Source of the DNA: an uncultured virus (IMG/VR IMGVR_UViG_3300016472_001095)
Lineage: Duplodnaviria; Heunggongvirae; Uroviricota; Caudoviricetes
Virus record (IMG/VR): IMGVR_UViG_3300016472_001095
DNA length: 64,000 bases
Direction: 5' to 3' (one strand)
The position numbers were made by a program, and so were the translations under genes. A model generated the notes under the pieces. It did not search any database and had not been told where the DNA came from. It saw only the letters and a program-made list of their open reading frames with translations. Below, one piece after another: positions 48,101 through 58,360 of the stretch; within the stretch, counting starts at the first letter, position 1; each line of letters starts with the position of its first letter.

Positions 48101-48553
48101 ATATTATTTTTAAGAGATACAACAAAGCTTACAGAGTATAACACATTAACAAGTACTATTTCTTGCGGTTATCCTATTGTAGCGAAAGAAAAATTTTCAG
48201 ACCTCTATACTGTAGTAAACAATAATATAATAAGCAATTACACTTACGGGTATGTGTTGCCTTTATCCGATTATTCTGTTGAATGGGGTTGGGGATTGGT
48301 AGCACCTAGAGGTCTTTCAGGTGATAGAATCTCAGATTATTATAAATTTTATGAGTATAAGCCTGTAGAGGATACAAGGTATTTTAATAATATTATCGAT
48401 TGGGACAACTCAATGAATACACTTACATTTAATAATAGCTCTTTTAATAATTGGAAAAAAGATAATGGAATGATGCAAAATATGCTAAGTTACGAGCTAA
48501 CTAAAGGATTAAGACTGTTTTTAAGCGGTAGTAACATTGTATATAACAATTAA
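45122..48553 (+). CDS. Large baseplate/virion protein with PKD domain and NHL-like beta-propeller (gp7 position)
   Basis: WDFGDG...HHYEWPGEYSVRLTV (PKD). Repeated D.....W blades (LDRNNDIWV, TDREDNLWV, IDRNRFVW, VDGNQNAWV, VDTSSYLWV). Confidence 0.7.
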   Translation: MANFVNYTYVYFYITNYTGTNTLTSYTLPNTPVTFYPDFTTSAILTATDNISNKIIRWDFGDGTFSNELTAVHHYEWPGEYSVRLTVYDKQGSSFDSSYRPVVKIYDYVYDQLQFRDYIKFIYDVPASKIQDPLIIERQNSWQSYPALSANGYTLNLYASGANGQYQNIDNFYDDKWSHLRALSRFYIKNRIGANFEFKSVSQVTTTNEEIYVKLANKKLILCKKDDEGAVLAGTKGTAEIYYVDDVAKNFTTREPPIFVFATFDSSKFEDWYSILHNSYPTINYPPYGFQNLKPAVLPIIKVRHNEATRLSITTTGIDGEGYLSATNFNMPEISWQNTEIPFVIRMKDRDNYTTKTYPPLSSSTINSSLSTLTAFDVKFGLIEQTNTGFKEVSTIKFYEDFNSEIPQSIGAFYKGYFVSPETTYNCKLTAQMTVVDPLNFPKDSLIGWIAAPQYNKLLRFFRQQIYSNCPGYLTVTISASRQYFNSFENRNVYAIQVAPSGNGPGKDYETWFADGTSDRVFKFNASGDILLDIPLNNAPTLSGGQIINVNYLSPVLSSAAPGSITLDRNNDIWVALFDSVSCIKIDATEGYVKAVAYPPYNNIVYSLSSSYNIPTLSGFAGENLLLPSSVDTDREDNLWVSYTHPASNFLVKYDSQGNYLFTVGMSALHSPVEIVIDRNRFVWLSTYNLTTSGASLTSRNDFLYKFTSTGALVSGYPLSGFRFIGNLTVDGNQNAWVVHNKDTVTRVSGEDGTTTDYIAGSGNFTNYIGSIGGIAVDTSSYLWVINNLNQRLYLIDTLLPPASSLEDYEYVEIEYPATSPENQPSTFEDKQLQAYGDWLGSRWINKHMLAETTTRVITGESTSFNIYPLSGVYNIQKVNENFNTEKFYKDLIFTENLEDKKIFFEDFLGTIVGDGKSMPYELGKTIYEKIANYVNNTSDIDSCNLDQLLSFCDELSVQFEQYNYPFPPQLLRLVNLLSIKHKKLWGDLNKYDILFLRDTTKLTEYNTLTSTISCGYPIVAKEKFSDLYTVVNNNIISNYTYGYVLPLSDYSVEWGWGLVAPRGLSGDRISDYYKFYEYKPVEDTRYFNNIIDWDNSMNTLTFNNSSFNNWKKDNGMMQNMLSYELTKGLRLFLSGSNIVYNN

Positions 48554-48561
48554 ATACTTAA

Positions 48562-51500
48562 ATGGTATCTAATAATAGATTTATTGATGAGAAGCTATCA
48601 GTATCCATTACTTCTCTTGTTGCACCATCAAACCCTGTAGATAGCAATAAGCCTTTATCTTTTCAAGAATGGCTAAAATATAATAATTCTTTATTCACTA
48701 ATGCAGACGACTTTTTATCTAGATATCAATCTTATCTTAATAATTGGTATGAGATAAAAAATATTGCTAAGCCTGAGCAGGTTGCTATAACTAAATCACT
48801 TTACACCTTATTAATTAATGAAATTGTACTTTCCTTTACTTCTACAGATGAAAGACGGTTTTTAAAAAATATTGATTTTAATAATAATAGAGATCTAGCT
48901 GTTGCTGTACCTTTTTTTGCTAAAAAAATTAAAGATATATGCTTATATTACAGTACATTAAGAGATGACGTTAAATCTTCTGTTGTACAGTACAATTTAA
49001 AAGGTTCTATTTACGGTACAAAAAACTTAATTTATAATCAAATATCAAAGTCATTAGAAACTGAAGATTTGACAGACTTAATTAGAACTTTAAACTACTC
49101 TTTATCAGATATTAGAAATAATATGGTGGTAGATATAGAAGAGCTATATGATACTAATCAAAACTATTTTGATGTTAGCCCTTACCTTCCTGCATCATCT
49201 TATGATGTCACAGAAGGTGAAAGAGAAAAATATTTTTCTGTTAATCAGTACGATATTGACCCAAATTTGTTTTTAAACTTTGATACTTCAATAGTAGATG
49301 CAATTACGTCTTACCCGTTCTTTTTGCTAGAGTTTGGTACTAATAATTTTTCTGCTAACATACCAGGTCTTTCTTCTGAATCGCTAAACTATCTCAAAGA
49401 TAGAGATTATATTAATACTGTTAACACAGAAGACAGAGACAATTTAAATCTTAATTTAAATTTAAACCAAATTACAAAGTTTATAGGTACTGATTTTTAC
49501 TATATATCTACCAATTCTACTGGGGTAGAGTATCTTTCCGGTAGACTGTTTGTTGCAGATAATAATTTTGCAAATTATCTTAATAAAAGATACCCATCTG
49601 TAGCAGCTATCCCGTCTTCTGAATTTATTAAATCAGGTAAAGATATAGGGCTTTTTTTTAAGCCTGATAAATTAGGGTTATCTAACTTCTACAGCTTTGG
49701 ACTAGCTACGACAATTAAAAACTCAGTATTAAGTGCAGATACTGTATATGTGTTTCCAGATCCTTCTATTTACGGAGACATTTCTAGTTTAACTGAAGAG
49801 GAATTTAACTCCCCCATTGTTTATACAGACTTATCTTATTTTAATAAAATAGATTTTTCAAATCAATTTAAATTTGGTGATACTATAAGCGGGCCTTATT
49901 TTCAAACTTTAAGAGCATATCAAGCACGTGAACAATCACTTGGCATAGGACTACAGGGGCTATCAAGATATACAGATTCACAAGATTTTTTTGAAGGGTA
50001 TAAGAAAAATGTTTGGTCTAACAAAGATGTTTTTCCTATTATACCACAAAATGTTTTTCCTATAGATAATAGAATAGAAAAACTATATTCAATTAATAAA
50101 ACTATTACACAGCAAAAATCTGATATTTACGGTAACGATTATGTATTATATAAAGACGTTGAACCTTTAAAAAGACTATCTAATACCCCAACTAATCAAG
50201 GCGGATTAAAAATTTATTACTGCCTTTACATTGATGGGCATGTCTTTTTTGATGCTATTTCCGGCTACAACTTTGATTATACTGAATATTTACCTGCAAA
50301 AAATTATACAGGCATTCTATTAAAAACTACAACAAACATCCCACCAGGCACAGGGTATTATGTGCAGGGTCCTAATTATCTCACACCATCACCTCTTTCT
50401 GCTTCAAAATACAACAACGGTATTCCGGAATTTACTTTACCCTCATTAACAGCCGTTATAGTTTCATACAGATTTCAACCCGATACATTCTGCCCTGATG
50501 AGATAAAAGTTAAGTTTGATTGTAGTGTTTACGACGGCGAAACTTTTGTATCACCTGCAAGCGGTCTTTTACCCGATACTTCATCCGACGAGCCAACTTT
50601 TGATCCCGAAATAGCAAATGTTTATTATGGTATTTTAGTCGACGGTGGTGTTAATCCTAACGGTCCAGATTATAGAGCTAATTTTGTTTACCCTGGAGAA
50701 TTTACCTTTACCCCACCGGTGTCTGCAGTAGAAGATGTTAACGGTAGTATTTTTGCTTATAATAGTGCTTCCCCTTGCGGTGATGATAATGTGTTTTCAG
50801 TATCCTATATTGAAAAGAGTAATTTCATGGATTATAAAATTCCTTTTAGAAATACACAGGTTATAGAAGGGCTTTCAGGTATTGATTCTAAGAGAACGTT
50901 ATATGAAACTAATTTTATAGATTATGGTCAACTTTATTATAGAAATTCTAATTCTTCTATAGTAGGTCCAGCATCAGCTGCATTAAGCGGAATGTATTTA
51001 AAGTATAGTGTTAATATTGTAAATGAACTTAATAATAATCTAATTAACTTTGATATTGTATACGACACTATTATATTTGAAACAGAAAATTATCTTATAG
51101 CGGACAAGCTTGTATTCGATTATGAGCAAAATAAAAACATAGATATATCAAAAAATGATTGTTATTTTCAGCGTAATGCCAATAAAGAGTTAGAAAAAAT
51201 TTCTACTATATGGTATAACGAAGAAATAGATACGTTTTTCTTCTGTAAAACTGTATTATATAATCAGCTTAGCGCAACTAATTATAAAATAGTTTATCCT
51301 GAAATTTATGCAATTAATGCTTCGAATTTAACTTTTAATAAAATTTATCCTCAAGTTTCTAATTCTGAATTAACTATAGATTACTTAAAAATGTTTTCAT
51401 TATCTGGAAATAATATTGAAGTTAATATTATCAAAATAGATAAACCTTTATTTAATTATAATAATGAAACAGGTCTATACACTATTACCTGGCTAGGTAA

Positions 51501-51705
51501 AGATATTGCAAATAGCTTCTACATATTTAAAACATTCTTTAAATATATTAATGGCGTTATAACTAATATTAGCAATTCAATGTTTAAACTACTTCCAAAT
51601 GTTAATACTATTAATTTTACAGGCGCTCTTTCTTCTTACTATGCAACACAAAACATTGCTGGTGAAGTAGGTGAAGTAACGAACGGAGAATTTATCTTTA
51701 ACTAA
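48562..51705 (+). CDS. Large virion structural protein (baseplate/fibre region)
   Basis: 1047 aa, TAAATA(48551)-5-ATG, structural module context. Confidence 0.6.
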   Translation: MVSNNRFIDEKLSVSITSLVAPSNPVDSNKPLSFQEWLKYNNSLFTNADDFLSRYQSYLNNWYEIKNIAKPEQVAITKSLYTLLINEIVLSFTSTDERRFLKNIDFNNNRDLAVAVPFFAKKIKDICLYYSTLRDDVKSSVVQYNLKGSIYGTKNLIYNQISKSLETEDLTDLIRTLNYSLSDIRNNMVVDIEELYDTNQNYFDVSPYLPASSYDVTEGEREKYFSVNQYDIDPNLFLNFDTSIVDAITSYPFFLLEFGTNNFSANIPGLSSESLNYLKDRDYINTVNTEDRDNLNLNLNLNQITKFIGTDFYYISTNSTGVEYLSGRLFVADNNFANYLNKRYPSVAAIPSSEFIKSGKDIGLFFKPDKLGLSNFYSFGLATTIKNSVLSADTVYVFPDPSIYGDISSLTEEEFNSPIVYTDLSYFNKIDFSNQFKFGDTISGPYFQTLRAYQAREQSLGIGLQGLSRYTDSQDFFEGYKKNVWSNKDVFPIIPQNVFPIDNRIEKLYSINKTITQQKSDIYGNDYVLYKDVEPLKRLSNTPTNQGGLKIYYCLYIDGHVFFDAISGYNFDYTEYLPAKNYTGILLKTTTNIPPGTGYYVQGPNYLTPSPLSASKYNNGIPEFTLPSLTAVIVSYRFQPDTFCPDEIKVKFDCSVYDGETFVSPASGLLPDTSSDEPTFDPEIANVYYGILVDGGVNPNGPDYRANFVYPGEFTFTPPVSAVEDVNGSIFAYNSASPCGDDNVFSVSYIEKSNFMDYKIPFRNTQVIEGLSGIDSKRTLYETNFIDYGQLYYRNSNSSIVGPASAALSGMYLKYSVNIVNELNNNLINFDIVYDTIIFETENYLIADKLVFDYEQNKNIDISKNDCYFQRNANKELEKISTIWYNEEIDTFFFCKTVLYNQLSATNYKIVYPEIYAINASNLTFNKIYPQVSNSELTIDYLKMFSLSGNNIEVNIIKIDKPLFNYNNETGLYTITWLGKDIANSFYIFKTFFKYINGVITNISNSMFKLLPNVNTINFTGALSSYYATQNIAGEVGEVTNGEFIFN

Positions 51706-51706
51706 T

Positions 51707-54103
51707 ATGCCTACATTTTATCAAACAACTTCTGCAGACAAGACATCTATTTTGTATGATTTTAAAACTATAGATACGTCAAGAGACGTAGTTATATCTT
51801 TTGACTATAATTGTTCACTATTTAACTCTACAGGAGTTGATGGGTTTAGTCTTTTTTTAGCTGAAAGTATTAATGCTCCAGTGGGAGGTGCTGTTGGCCC
51901 GGGGTTAGGCGCAACATCCTTAGTAGCACTATCTACTGTAGGTTATTTTACTAACCCTTTACCGCCTTTTGATCTTCTGCCTGTAAACGTTCCAGTTGTT
52001 TTTAATGGTGCTGAAACTAGTGCACTTGTAATAGGTTTTGATATAAGTGGTAGATTTGGCTCTGGTAATTATTACGGGTTAAACGGACCTTCACAAGAAA
52101 TACCTAATACAATAACTTTAAGAGGAGGTAAAGATCAAGGATTTCAATTTCTTTATAAAACACCTCAACTGAATACTTCTGCATTCGAAGAGCCTTTCTA
52201 TCTTTATACTGCTTCAGCTACAGCATTCAATACATTTAGAGCAAGACTAACAAATTTAGGTAAAACTATTATTTTAGATCATAAGATTGGAACAGGTAAA
52301 TATAATAATATTTTTAGTTATAATCTACCATATTTTCTTCCTCAATATGTGTATCCATGTCTAGGATTCAGTACAAATATAGATTTTAATACAATAAATT
52401 TACGCGTAAAAAACTTTCATGAAAACGGATTTTTTGTAACACCTACTAATACACCATCATGGACACCCACAGTTACGCCTACACCTACAGTTACGCCTAC
52501 TAGAACCGCTACTCCCACGGTTACACCTACTAATACAGTTACACCGTCTGTTACGCCTTCTAATACCGTTACACCTTCCGTCACACCTTCTAATACCGTC
52601 ACACCATCAATAACCCCGTCTAATACAGTTACTCCTTCTATTACACCTTCCAATACTGCTACGCCATCAGAAACACCTACTAACACGCCTACGCATTCAG
52701 AAACACCTACCAACACGCCTACACCAACAGAAACACCTACCAACACACCCACACCCACTCAAACAGTAACACCTACAGTAACGCCTTCTAATACACGTAC
52801 GCCAACAGCAACGCCGACTAGAACTGTAACACCTACAGTAACGCCTTCTAATACTGCTTCACCTACGGTAACCCCGTCTATAACACCGACCAATACACGT
52901 ACTCCTACGGTCACACCGTCCGTCACTCCTTCAGCTACAAATATTAACTATACGGTATTCCCATCTAATCAAACAAATATTATTATTAATGATAATACTG
53001 TTGCAACCCCGTATCCTGTAGAATTTACAGTTTCAGGTATTACAAGAATAGTAGATAAGATTACTATAAAGTTAATAAACTATAATCATGATTTTGCTGC
53101 TGACGTTGCTATGTTGTTAGTAGCACCTAATGGTCAATCAACCATCGTAGTTGGCAGGGTAGGCGAAGGCCCCGCTATTAATGTAGACGTAATGCTAGAT
53201 CAAAATGCAAGCCAAGCTTGGGATGGTTATTCATCAGGTACTTACAAGCCTAATACAATATCGGATGATTTCCCATTCGACAATATAAATGGGTGCCCCG
53301 TTGGCCCTTATAATACATCGCTTGACACATTCTTCTATATGTCACCAGGTGACGTTAATGGTACCTGGAAATTATACATACAAGACTTTGCACCTGTTGA
53401 TGTAGGGACTATGCAAAGCGCACAGTTATATGTATATCAAGTATCACCATTTGCATCACCTACACCTACTGCTTCGCCTACTGTTACGCCTTCAGTTACA
53501 CCCACAATAACACCTACATTCCCTCTACCTACATCAAGCGTAACACCTACTAATACTCCTACAGTTACTAATACGCCTTCACCTACAGTAACGCAATCAC
53601 AAATAGACTATATTTCATTCCTATCGAGTACCAGTAATCTCATTATAAATGATGAAAGTATAGCTACTCCTTATCCACTCACATTTAATGTCTCTGGGCT
53701 AGCATCTACATATTCTAGAGTAACTGTACAATTAAGCGGGTATAATCATGACTTTACTGAAGATGTTGTCATGCTTCTTGTTTCTCCTACTAATACTACT
53801 TGTTTATTAGCCGGTAGAGTTGGTTTAAATTCTGCCGTTGATACTACAGTAGTATTAGATCAAAGCGCATCTATTGCTTGGGATGGGTATAGTTCAGGGT
53901 ATTACAAACCTAACACTACTTCTAATACATTTGCAATGAGTAGTAATAACGGTTGCCCCGCAGGCCCGTATAACACAACATTAAATATATTTAACAATAT
54001 AAATTCTGCAAACGCCAACGGTACTTGGAAGCTATATATTCAAGACTTTGCATTCGGAGATATTGGCAGCCTTAGCAACGCTACTTTAAGATTCCATTCA
54101 TAA
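51707..54103 (+). CDS. Adhesin-like virion protein: lectin-like N-domain, mucin-like Thr/Pro/Ser stalks and two proprotein-convertase P-like domains
   Basis: DGFSLFL...GPGLG...IGFD legume-lectin-like motifs. Long TPT/TPS tracts. Duplicated domain ending [14 protein letters not shown] (P-domain signature). Confidence 0.75.
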   Translation: MPTFYQTTSADKTSILYDFKTIDTSRDVVISFDYNCSLFNSTGVDGFSLFLAESINAPVGGAVGPGLGATSLVALSTVGYFTNPLPPFDLLPVNVPVVFNGAETSALVIGFDISGRFGSGNYYGLNGPSQEIPNTITLRGGKDQGFQFLYKTPQLNTSAFEEPFYLYTASATAFNTFRARLTNLGKTIILDHKIGTGKYNNIFSYNLPYFLPQYVYPCLGFSTNIDFNTINLRVKNFHENGFFVTPTNTPSWTPTVTPTPTVTPTRTATPTVTPTNTVTPSVTPSNTVTPSVTPSNTVTPSITPSNTVTPSITPSNTATPSETPTNTPTHSETPTNTPTPTETPTNTPTPTQTVTPTVTPSNTRTPTATPTRTVTPTVTPSNTASPTVTPSITPTNTRTPTVTPSVTPSATNINYTVFPSNQTNIIINDNTVATPYPVEFTVSGITRIVDKITIKLINYNHDFAADVAMLLVAPNGQSTIVVGRVGEGPAINVDVMLDQNASQAWDGYSSGTYKPNTISDDFPFDNINGCPVGPYNTSLDTFFYMSPGDVNGTWKLYIQDFAPVDVGTMQSAQLYVYQVSPFASPTPTASPTVTPSVTPTITPTFPLPTSSVTPTNTPTVTNTPSPTVTQSQIDYISFLSSTSNLIINDESIATPYPLTFNVSGLASTYSRVTVQLSGYNHDFTEDVVMLLVSPTNTTCLLAGRVGLNSAVDTTVVLDQSASIAWDGYSSGYYKPNTTSNTFAMSSNNGCPAGPYNTTLNIFNNINSANANGTWKLYIQDFAFGDIGSLSNATLRFHS
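52439..52940 (+). repeat. Thr/Pro/Ser-rich coding repeat (about 10 aa / 30 bp units such as [20 protein letters not shown])
   Basis: Direct reading of the translation. Synonymous positions have diverged between units. Confidence 0.92.
53455..53595 (+). repeat. Second Thr/Pro/Ser-rich coding tract
   Basis: [21 protein letters not shown]...[17 protein letters not shown] between the two P-like domains. Confidence 0.85.
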
Positions 54104-54111
54104 ATTTTTAT

Positions 54112-54145
54112 TTGATTTAAATACATTGTGTATTAAAATATTAAA
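54112..54145 (+). promoter_or_regulatory. Sigma70-type promoter, leaderless geometry, for the glycosylation operon
   Basis: TTGATT(54112)-16-TAAAAT(54134)-6-GTG(54146). Confidence 0.7.
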
Positions 54146-55414
54146 GTGAAAAATAACAAAGAATTAATTTTTATTTCAATAGCTTCATATAGAGATCCGC
54201 AGTTAGTACCTACTTTAAGAGATTGTGTTGCCAATGCTAAATATCCTGAAAATTTAAGGTTTAATATTTGTTGGCAAAAAGACGAGAAGGAATCATTAGA
54301 AGAGTTTACAAATGATTCGAGAGTTAAATACATTGAAGTTCCTTATAACGAGAGCAAAGGGACATGCTGGGCAAGAAGCAGAATTCAAGATAATTATGAT
54401 GGTGAAAAATATTATTTACAGCTAGACAGTCATCATCGCTTTGTAAAAGATTGGGATGAAAAATGTATTGGAATGGTCAAGCAACTTCAAAAGAAAGGAC
54501 ATAAAAAGCCTCTGCTAACTGGTTATATTTCTAGTTTCAATCCAGATAATGATCCCGCTGAACGTATACAAATACCATGGAAAATGAATTTCGATAGATT
54601 TATACCAGAGGGAGCAGTTTTCTTTTTACCCGCATCAATCGACGATTATAAAGAACGAACTGAACCGCTACCAGCAAGATTTGTTTCAGCTCATTTTATT
54701 TTTACACTTGGTAAATGGGTAAAGGAAGTTCCTTACGATCCTAATTATTATTTTCATGGTGAAGAAATTAACCTTGCTGTGAGATCATTTACTTGGGGAT
54801 ATGACTTATTTCACCCTCATATGGTAATCGCATGGCATGAATATACTAGACGAGGAAGAACGAAACACTGGGATGATGTTAAGGAATGGGGCGAATTTAA
54901 CAGACTTTCGCACCTACGTAATCGTAAATTGTTTGGTATGGATGGTGAGATCGATGATATTAAGTGGGGAAAGTATGGATTTGGTAAGAAGAGAACATTA
55001 CAGGATTATGAAAAATATTCCGGTCTTTGTTTTAAAAAGCGTGCAGTTCAAAGATGGACGCTAGAAAATAAACTAGCACCAAATCCTAATGACAATCTTA
55101 GTGCGGAAGAATATGAAAAGTCTTTCTTAAAGATATTTAAGCATTGTATTGATGTCGGATATGACAAAGTGCCTGAAAAAGACTATGACTTTTGGTGTGT
55201 AGCATTTAAAGATAAAGAAGGTAAAGATGTATATAGAAAAGATGCTGATAGAGCTGAAATAGATAGAATGTTTAATGATCCGGACAAATATTGTAAGATT
55301 TGGCGTGAGTTTAATGCAGAAGAAATGCCTCATAGCTGGATTGTATGGCCTCACAGTGTATCTAAAGGGTGGTCAGATCCTATAACTGGTGTAATAGGTA
55401 ATAAAGTCAGCTAA
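54146..55414 (+). CDS. GT60-family polypeptide N-acetylglucosaminyltransferase (Skp1 Gnt1-like)
   Basis: IFISIASYRD, GTCWAR, YYLQLDSHHRF..WD (DSH motif), VPYDP..YFHGEE...RSFTWGYDLFHP, HEY. Confidence 0.87.
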   Translation: MKNNKELIFISIASYRDPQLVPTLRDCVANAKYPENLRFNICWQKDEKESLEEFTNDSRVKYIEVPYNESKGTCWARSRIQDNYDGEKYYLQLDSHHRFVKDWDEKCIGMVKQLQKKGHKKPLLTGYISSFNPDNDPAERIQIPWKMNFDRFIPEGAVFFLPASIDDYKERTEPLPARFVSAHFIFTLGKWVKEVPYDPNYYFHGEEINLAVRSFTWGYDLFHPHMVIAWHEYTRRGRTKHWDDVKEWGEFNRLSHLRNRKLFGMDGEIDDIKWGKYGFGKKRTLQDYEKYSGLCFKKRAVQRWTLENKLAPNPNDNLSAEEYEKSFLKIFKHCIDVGYDKVPEKDYDFWCVAFKDKEGKDVYRKDADRAEIDRMFNDPDKYCKIWREFNAEEMPHSWIVWPHSVSKGWSDPITGVIGNKVS

Positions 55415-56187
55415 TGAAATACACGTATTGTATTGCATCAGAGGCTCATTATCCTAACTATACGAAAAGAGTTAAGGAGAACAGTCTTAAATCATACTTT
55501 AACCTTGAACTTGACAAAAAAAATATACCATATTATATTTCAACAAACAGAATTCAGGATTTTGATGAATTCAAGGACCACCCTACAGTAAAAATAATAG
55601 ATATTAACGAAGCAAGAAGAGATGTTCCCGAATCTTTTAATTACGAGCTTTATCCCGACGACCCCACGGGTATCTACCCGGCTAGATATCCATGGAACAT
55701 GCGTAGATTTTTAGTTAGACGCGCCGGACTGGACGGGCTTTGTGGCTGCTATGTAATAGATGCTGATTCTGTTAGTCACCCTTCAATTAGTAAGGATAAT
55801 TTTGTAGATCATATGGATAAAATATATGAGCCTAAGGTCTGTGGGTCAAATGCTGCTATATTTAAATATTCTCCCGGCTCTACATTTGAAGTGTTTGCGA
55901 GACATGATGCTTATATAAAGCATTTCGGGTTTACATTTACACCCGATCAGTATACTACTATAGACGGCCCGGCAATGTTTTTTATGGGCGAGACTAGTCA
56001 AGATCTTATTAATTTATATGAGAAATGGAATTTCTTTGCTTTGTTTGGCTATAAAAAGGAGTTTGGCTTCGGTTGTGAAAGTAATTTCCATACCAATCTA
56101 TCATTTACATTTCCTTCTGTTGGCTTTACAGTAAAGGAAAAGCCTCTACCTTTTTATCCTGAGCATCATTATGAGGATAGATATTAA
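55414..56187 (+). CDS. Putative glycosyltransferase (GT-A, DxD)
   Basis: YPWNMRRF followed by YVIDADS. TAATG-coupled within the GT operon. Confidence 0.55.
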   Translation: MKYTYCIASEAHYPNYTKRVKENSLKSYFNLELDKKNIPYYISTNRIQDFDEFKDHPTVKIIDINEARRDVPESFNYELYPDDPTGIYPARYPWNMRRFLVRRAGLDGLCGCYVIDADSVSHPSISKDNFVDHMDKIYEPKVCGSNAAIFKYSPGSTFEVFARHDAYIKHFGFTFTPDQYTTIDGPAMFFMGETSQDLINLYEKWNFFALFGYKKEFGFGCESNFHTNLSFTFPSVGFTVKEKPLPFYPEHHYEDRY

Positions 56188-56837
56188 TGAAACTTCTTAT
56201 TAAGTTTCCTAGCAGAGGCAGGCCTGAAAAATTTAAATCAACGTTCGAGCAGTATTATAGATTACTCTCTAATAAGCGTGAAGTAAAGTTTGTTTTTACA
56301 TTTGACACAGATGACGAGACTATGAATAACGATATTATTAAGAATTTTTTACAACTTTACTCTAATATTTGCGAGATTAATTACGGTGATAGTAAAAATA
56401 AAATTGAAGCTATTAATGCTAATTTACAGGATAAGCAATTCGACGTCTTATTACTCGCTAGTGACGACTTAATTCCCTATGTTCAAAATTATGATGATAT
56501 AATTTGTAGTCACATGGAAGAATTTTTTCCCGATACTGATGGCAGTATTCAATATTATACACCTATGTGGGCAGATACATTAGATATTATGTGCATCTTA
56601 GGATTTAAGTATTTTAAAAGATTTAATTACATTTACCACCCTGCTTATAAAGGGTTATTCTGTGATAACGAATTTACTGACATTAAAAAGAAGCTAAACA
56701 AAAATAAATTTGTTTGCCAACAACTATTTGATCATAATTATACTTCAGGCGATCCTACTTCATGGAGAAGTAATTTTTTTCAACATGAAGATTGGCGAGT
56801 TTATGAAGATAGAAAATTACGCAATTTTGATCTATAA
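56187..56837 (+). CDS. Glycosyltransferase (GT2-like)
   Basis: IKFPSRGRP, FDTDD, KIEAIN, LLASDD, YHPAY...FCDNEF. Confidence 0.75.
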   Translation: MKLLIKFPSRGRPEKFKSTFEQYYRLLSNKREVKFVFTFDTDDETMNNDIIKNFLQLYSNICEINYGDSKNKIEAINANLQDKQFDVLLLASDDLIPYVQNYDDIICSHMEEFFPDTDGSIQYYTPMWADTLDIMCILGFKYFKRFNYIYHPAYKGLFCDNEFTDIKKKLNKNKFVCQQLFDHNYTSGDPTSWRSNFFQHEDWRVYEDRKLRNFDL

Positions 56838-56839
56838 TT

Positions 56840-58360
56840 ATGTTTTCAATCTCTAACGTAGCTTTTGCAGATAAGGGGTTTTACATTAATCTCGATTCGT
56901 CTTTAGATAGAAGAAATCACGTAGAAAAGCAAATAGAAAAATTCAATATTAAAAATATTGAAAGGTTTTCAGCTTTAACTGATGAATTACGCCAATGCAC
57001 TGCTACTAAAAGTCAAAAAGCAGTATTTGAAAAAGCTATTAGCGAAAATTTAAATACTGTGTTTATTGCTGAGGATGATTTTGATATATTAGAGAATATT
57101 AAGCAGTACAATAATAATACTGTTTCTCTAGAAGACCACCTAAAAGAATTAAAAGTAGAATTAGATACTTTAGACTGGGACATATTTCTTTTTGGTTGCA
57201 CCCCAAAAACATTTTTAATACCTTATACTAAAAATATTAGCAAGGTTCATAAAAGTACAGGAGCCTGGGGTTATCTTATTAAAAAAGAAGCAATGCAATA
57301 TATTTTAGATAATTTTAATTACAAAAGAGATTATTTAGCAATAGACGATATTTTACCTATTTTAAATTTTAGAGGTTTTAAAACTTTTTGCGCATCACCG
57401 ATTACGATTCACCATGCTAAAGGGTTCGAATCTACATTGAACCCTCGAGGACCAGTTAACTATGATAATATGATAGATGGTAGCTACCACAAATATCTAG
57501 AAGGATTTATTAAAGATGATTATTTAGATCAATATTATTTAGAGCGTAACTTAACAATAGTAGTCGCAGGGCACTTTGCAGAGAATTTTTTATATTATTT
57601 GAGATATTTACTATTTAGTTTGCCTGAAGAAATTACTAAGTGTAAATTCCTCGTATATTACGATCACAATCCTAATATAGAAAATCCCATATTACCACTT
57701 TTACATTATTTTTATAATAGAAATCGTACAATTACCTATGATATTAAGTTTGTAAAGTATGGTTTGATAGACACTGTTAAGACAATGCTACAAGACATAA
57801 CTACTCCATACTTTATGTTTTTAGAGCATGATTGGGTATTTTTAAGAAAAGACAATATTAACTTTAAATCTATACTAAAAGCATTTGATAAATATGACTT
57901 TATACATTCTGTTTACTTGAATAAAGATGACAATAATTTAAGAGGCTTTGAAATTTGCCAAGATAAAACGGGTGCTACATCACCATTTCAATTGGAAGAT
58001 AGAGTTAAGGAAATAAACTTAATTACAACTTGTAGATGGTCTAATAACCCCTGTATACATAGAACAAGTAAATATAAAGAATGGTATACAACATATTTGG
58101 ATTCTGTACATAATAATGTCGGTCATGGCCAACATGATGTAGAAGAAGTAATGATACCCGCTTATAGAGACGTTATTTCTAAATCTAACTGGATTGACAT
58201 TAGAGATAATTGGGGTACATATTTATATGGTAATATTGGTGAAGGACCATACGTTGGTCATACAGATGCTTCTAGAAGATATCTTACATCAGCAAGATCT
58301 CAGCCAGAAGAAAATGGTGATGAATTTATAAAGAACAACCCTCTTCCCGAACATGATTAA
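56840..58360 (+). CDS. Bifunctional glycosyltransferase (GT25-like N-domain + GT2-like C-domain)
   Basis: YINLDSSLDRR, ERFSA, IAEDD, TGAWGYLI, IDD (GT25). TPYFMFLEHDW, WSNNP, HTD (second GT-A domain). Confidence 0.78.
   Translation: MFSISNVAFADKGFYINLDSSLDRRNHVEKQIEKFNIKNIERFSALTDELRQCTATKSQKAVFEKAISENLNTVFIAEDDFDILENIKQYNNNTVSLEDHLKELKVELDTLDWDIFLFGCTPKTFLIPYTKNISKVHKSTGAWGYLIKKEAMQYILDNFNYKRDYLAIDDILPILNFRGFKTFCASPITIHHAKGFESTLNPRGPVNYDNMIDGSYHKYLEGFIKDDYLDQYYLERNLTIVVAGHFAENFLYYLRYLLFSLPEEITKCKFLVYYDHNPNIENPILPLLHYFYNRNRTITYDIKFVKYGLIDTVKTMLQDITTPYFMFLEHDWVFLRKDNINFKSILKAFDKYDFIHSVYLNKDDNNLRGFEICQDKTGATSPFQLEDRVKEINLITTCRWSNNPCIHRTSKYKEWYTTYLDSVHNNVGHGQHDVEEVMIPAYRDVISKSNWIDIRDNWGTYLYGNIGEGPYVGHTDASRRYLTSARSQPEENGDEFIKNNPLPEHD

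Noticed and set aside
52417..52758. Minus-strand Gly/Val-rich ORF (also 61414-61623)
   Set aside because: Antisense shadow of the Thr/Pro repeats, with no independent start signal.
52439..52940. Periodic repeat that could be taken for a CRISPR array or DGR repeat
   Set aside because: Units are codon-phased, vary at synonymous sites and have no unique spacers. No cas or reverse transcriptase gene is present in the window.
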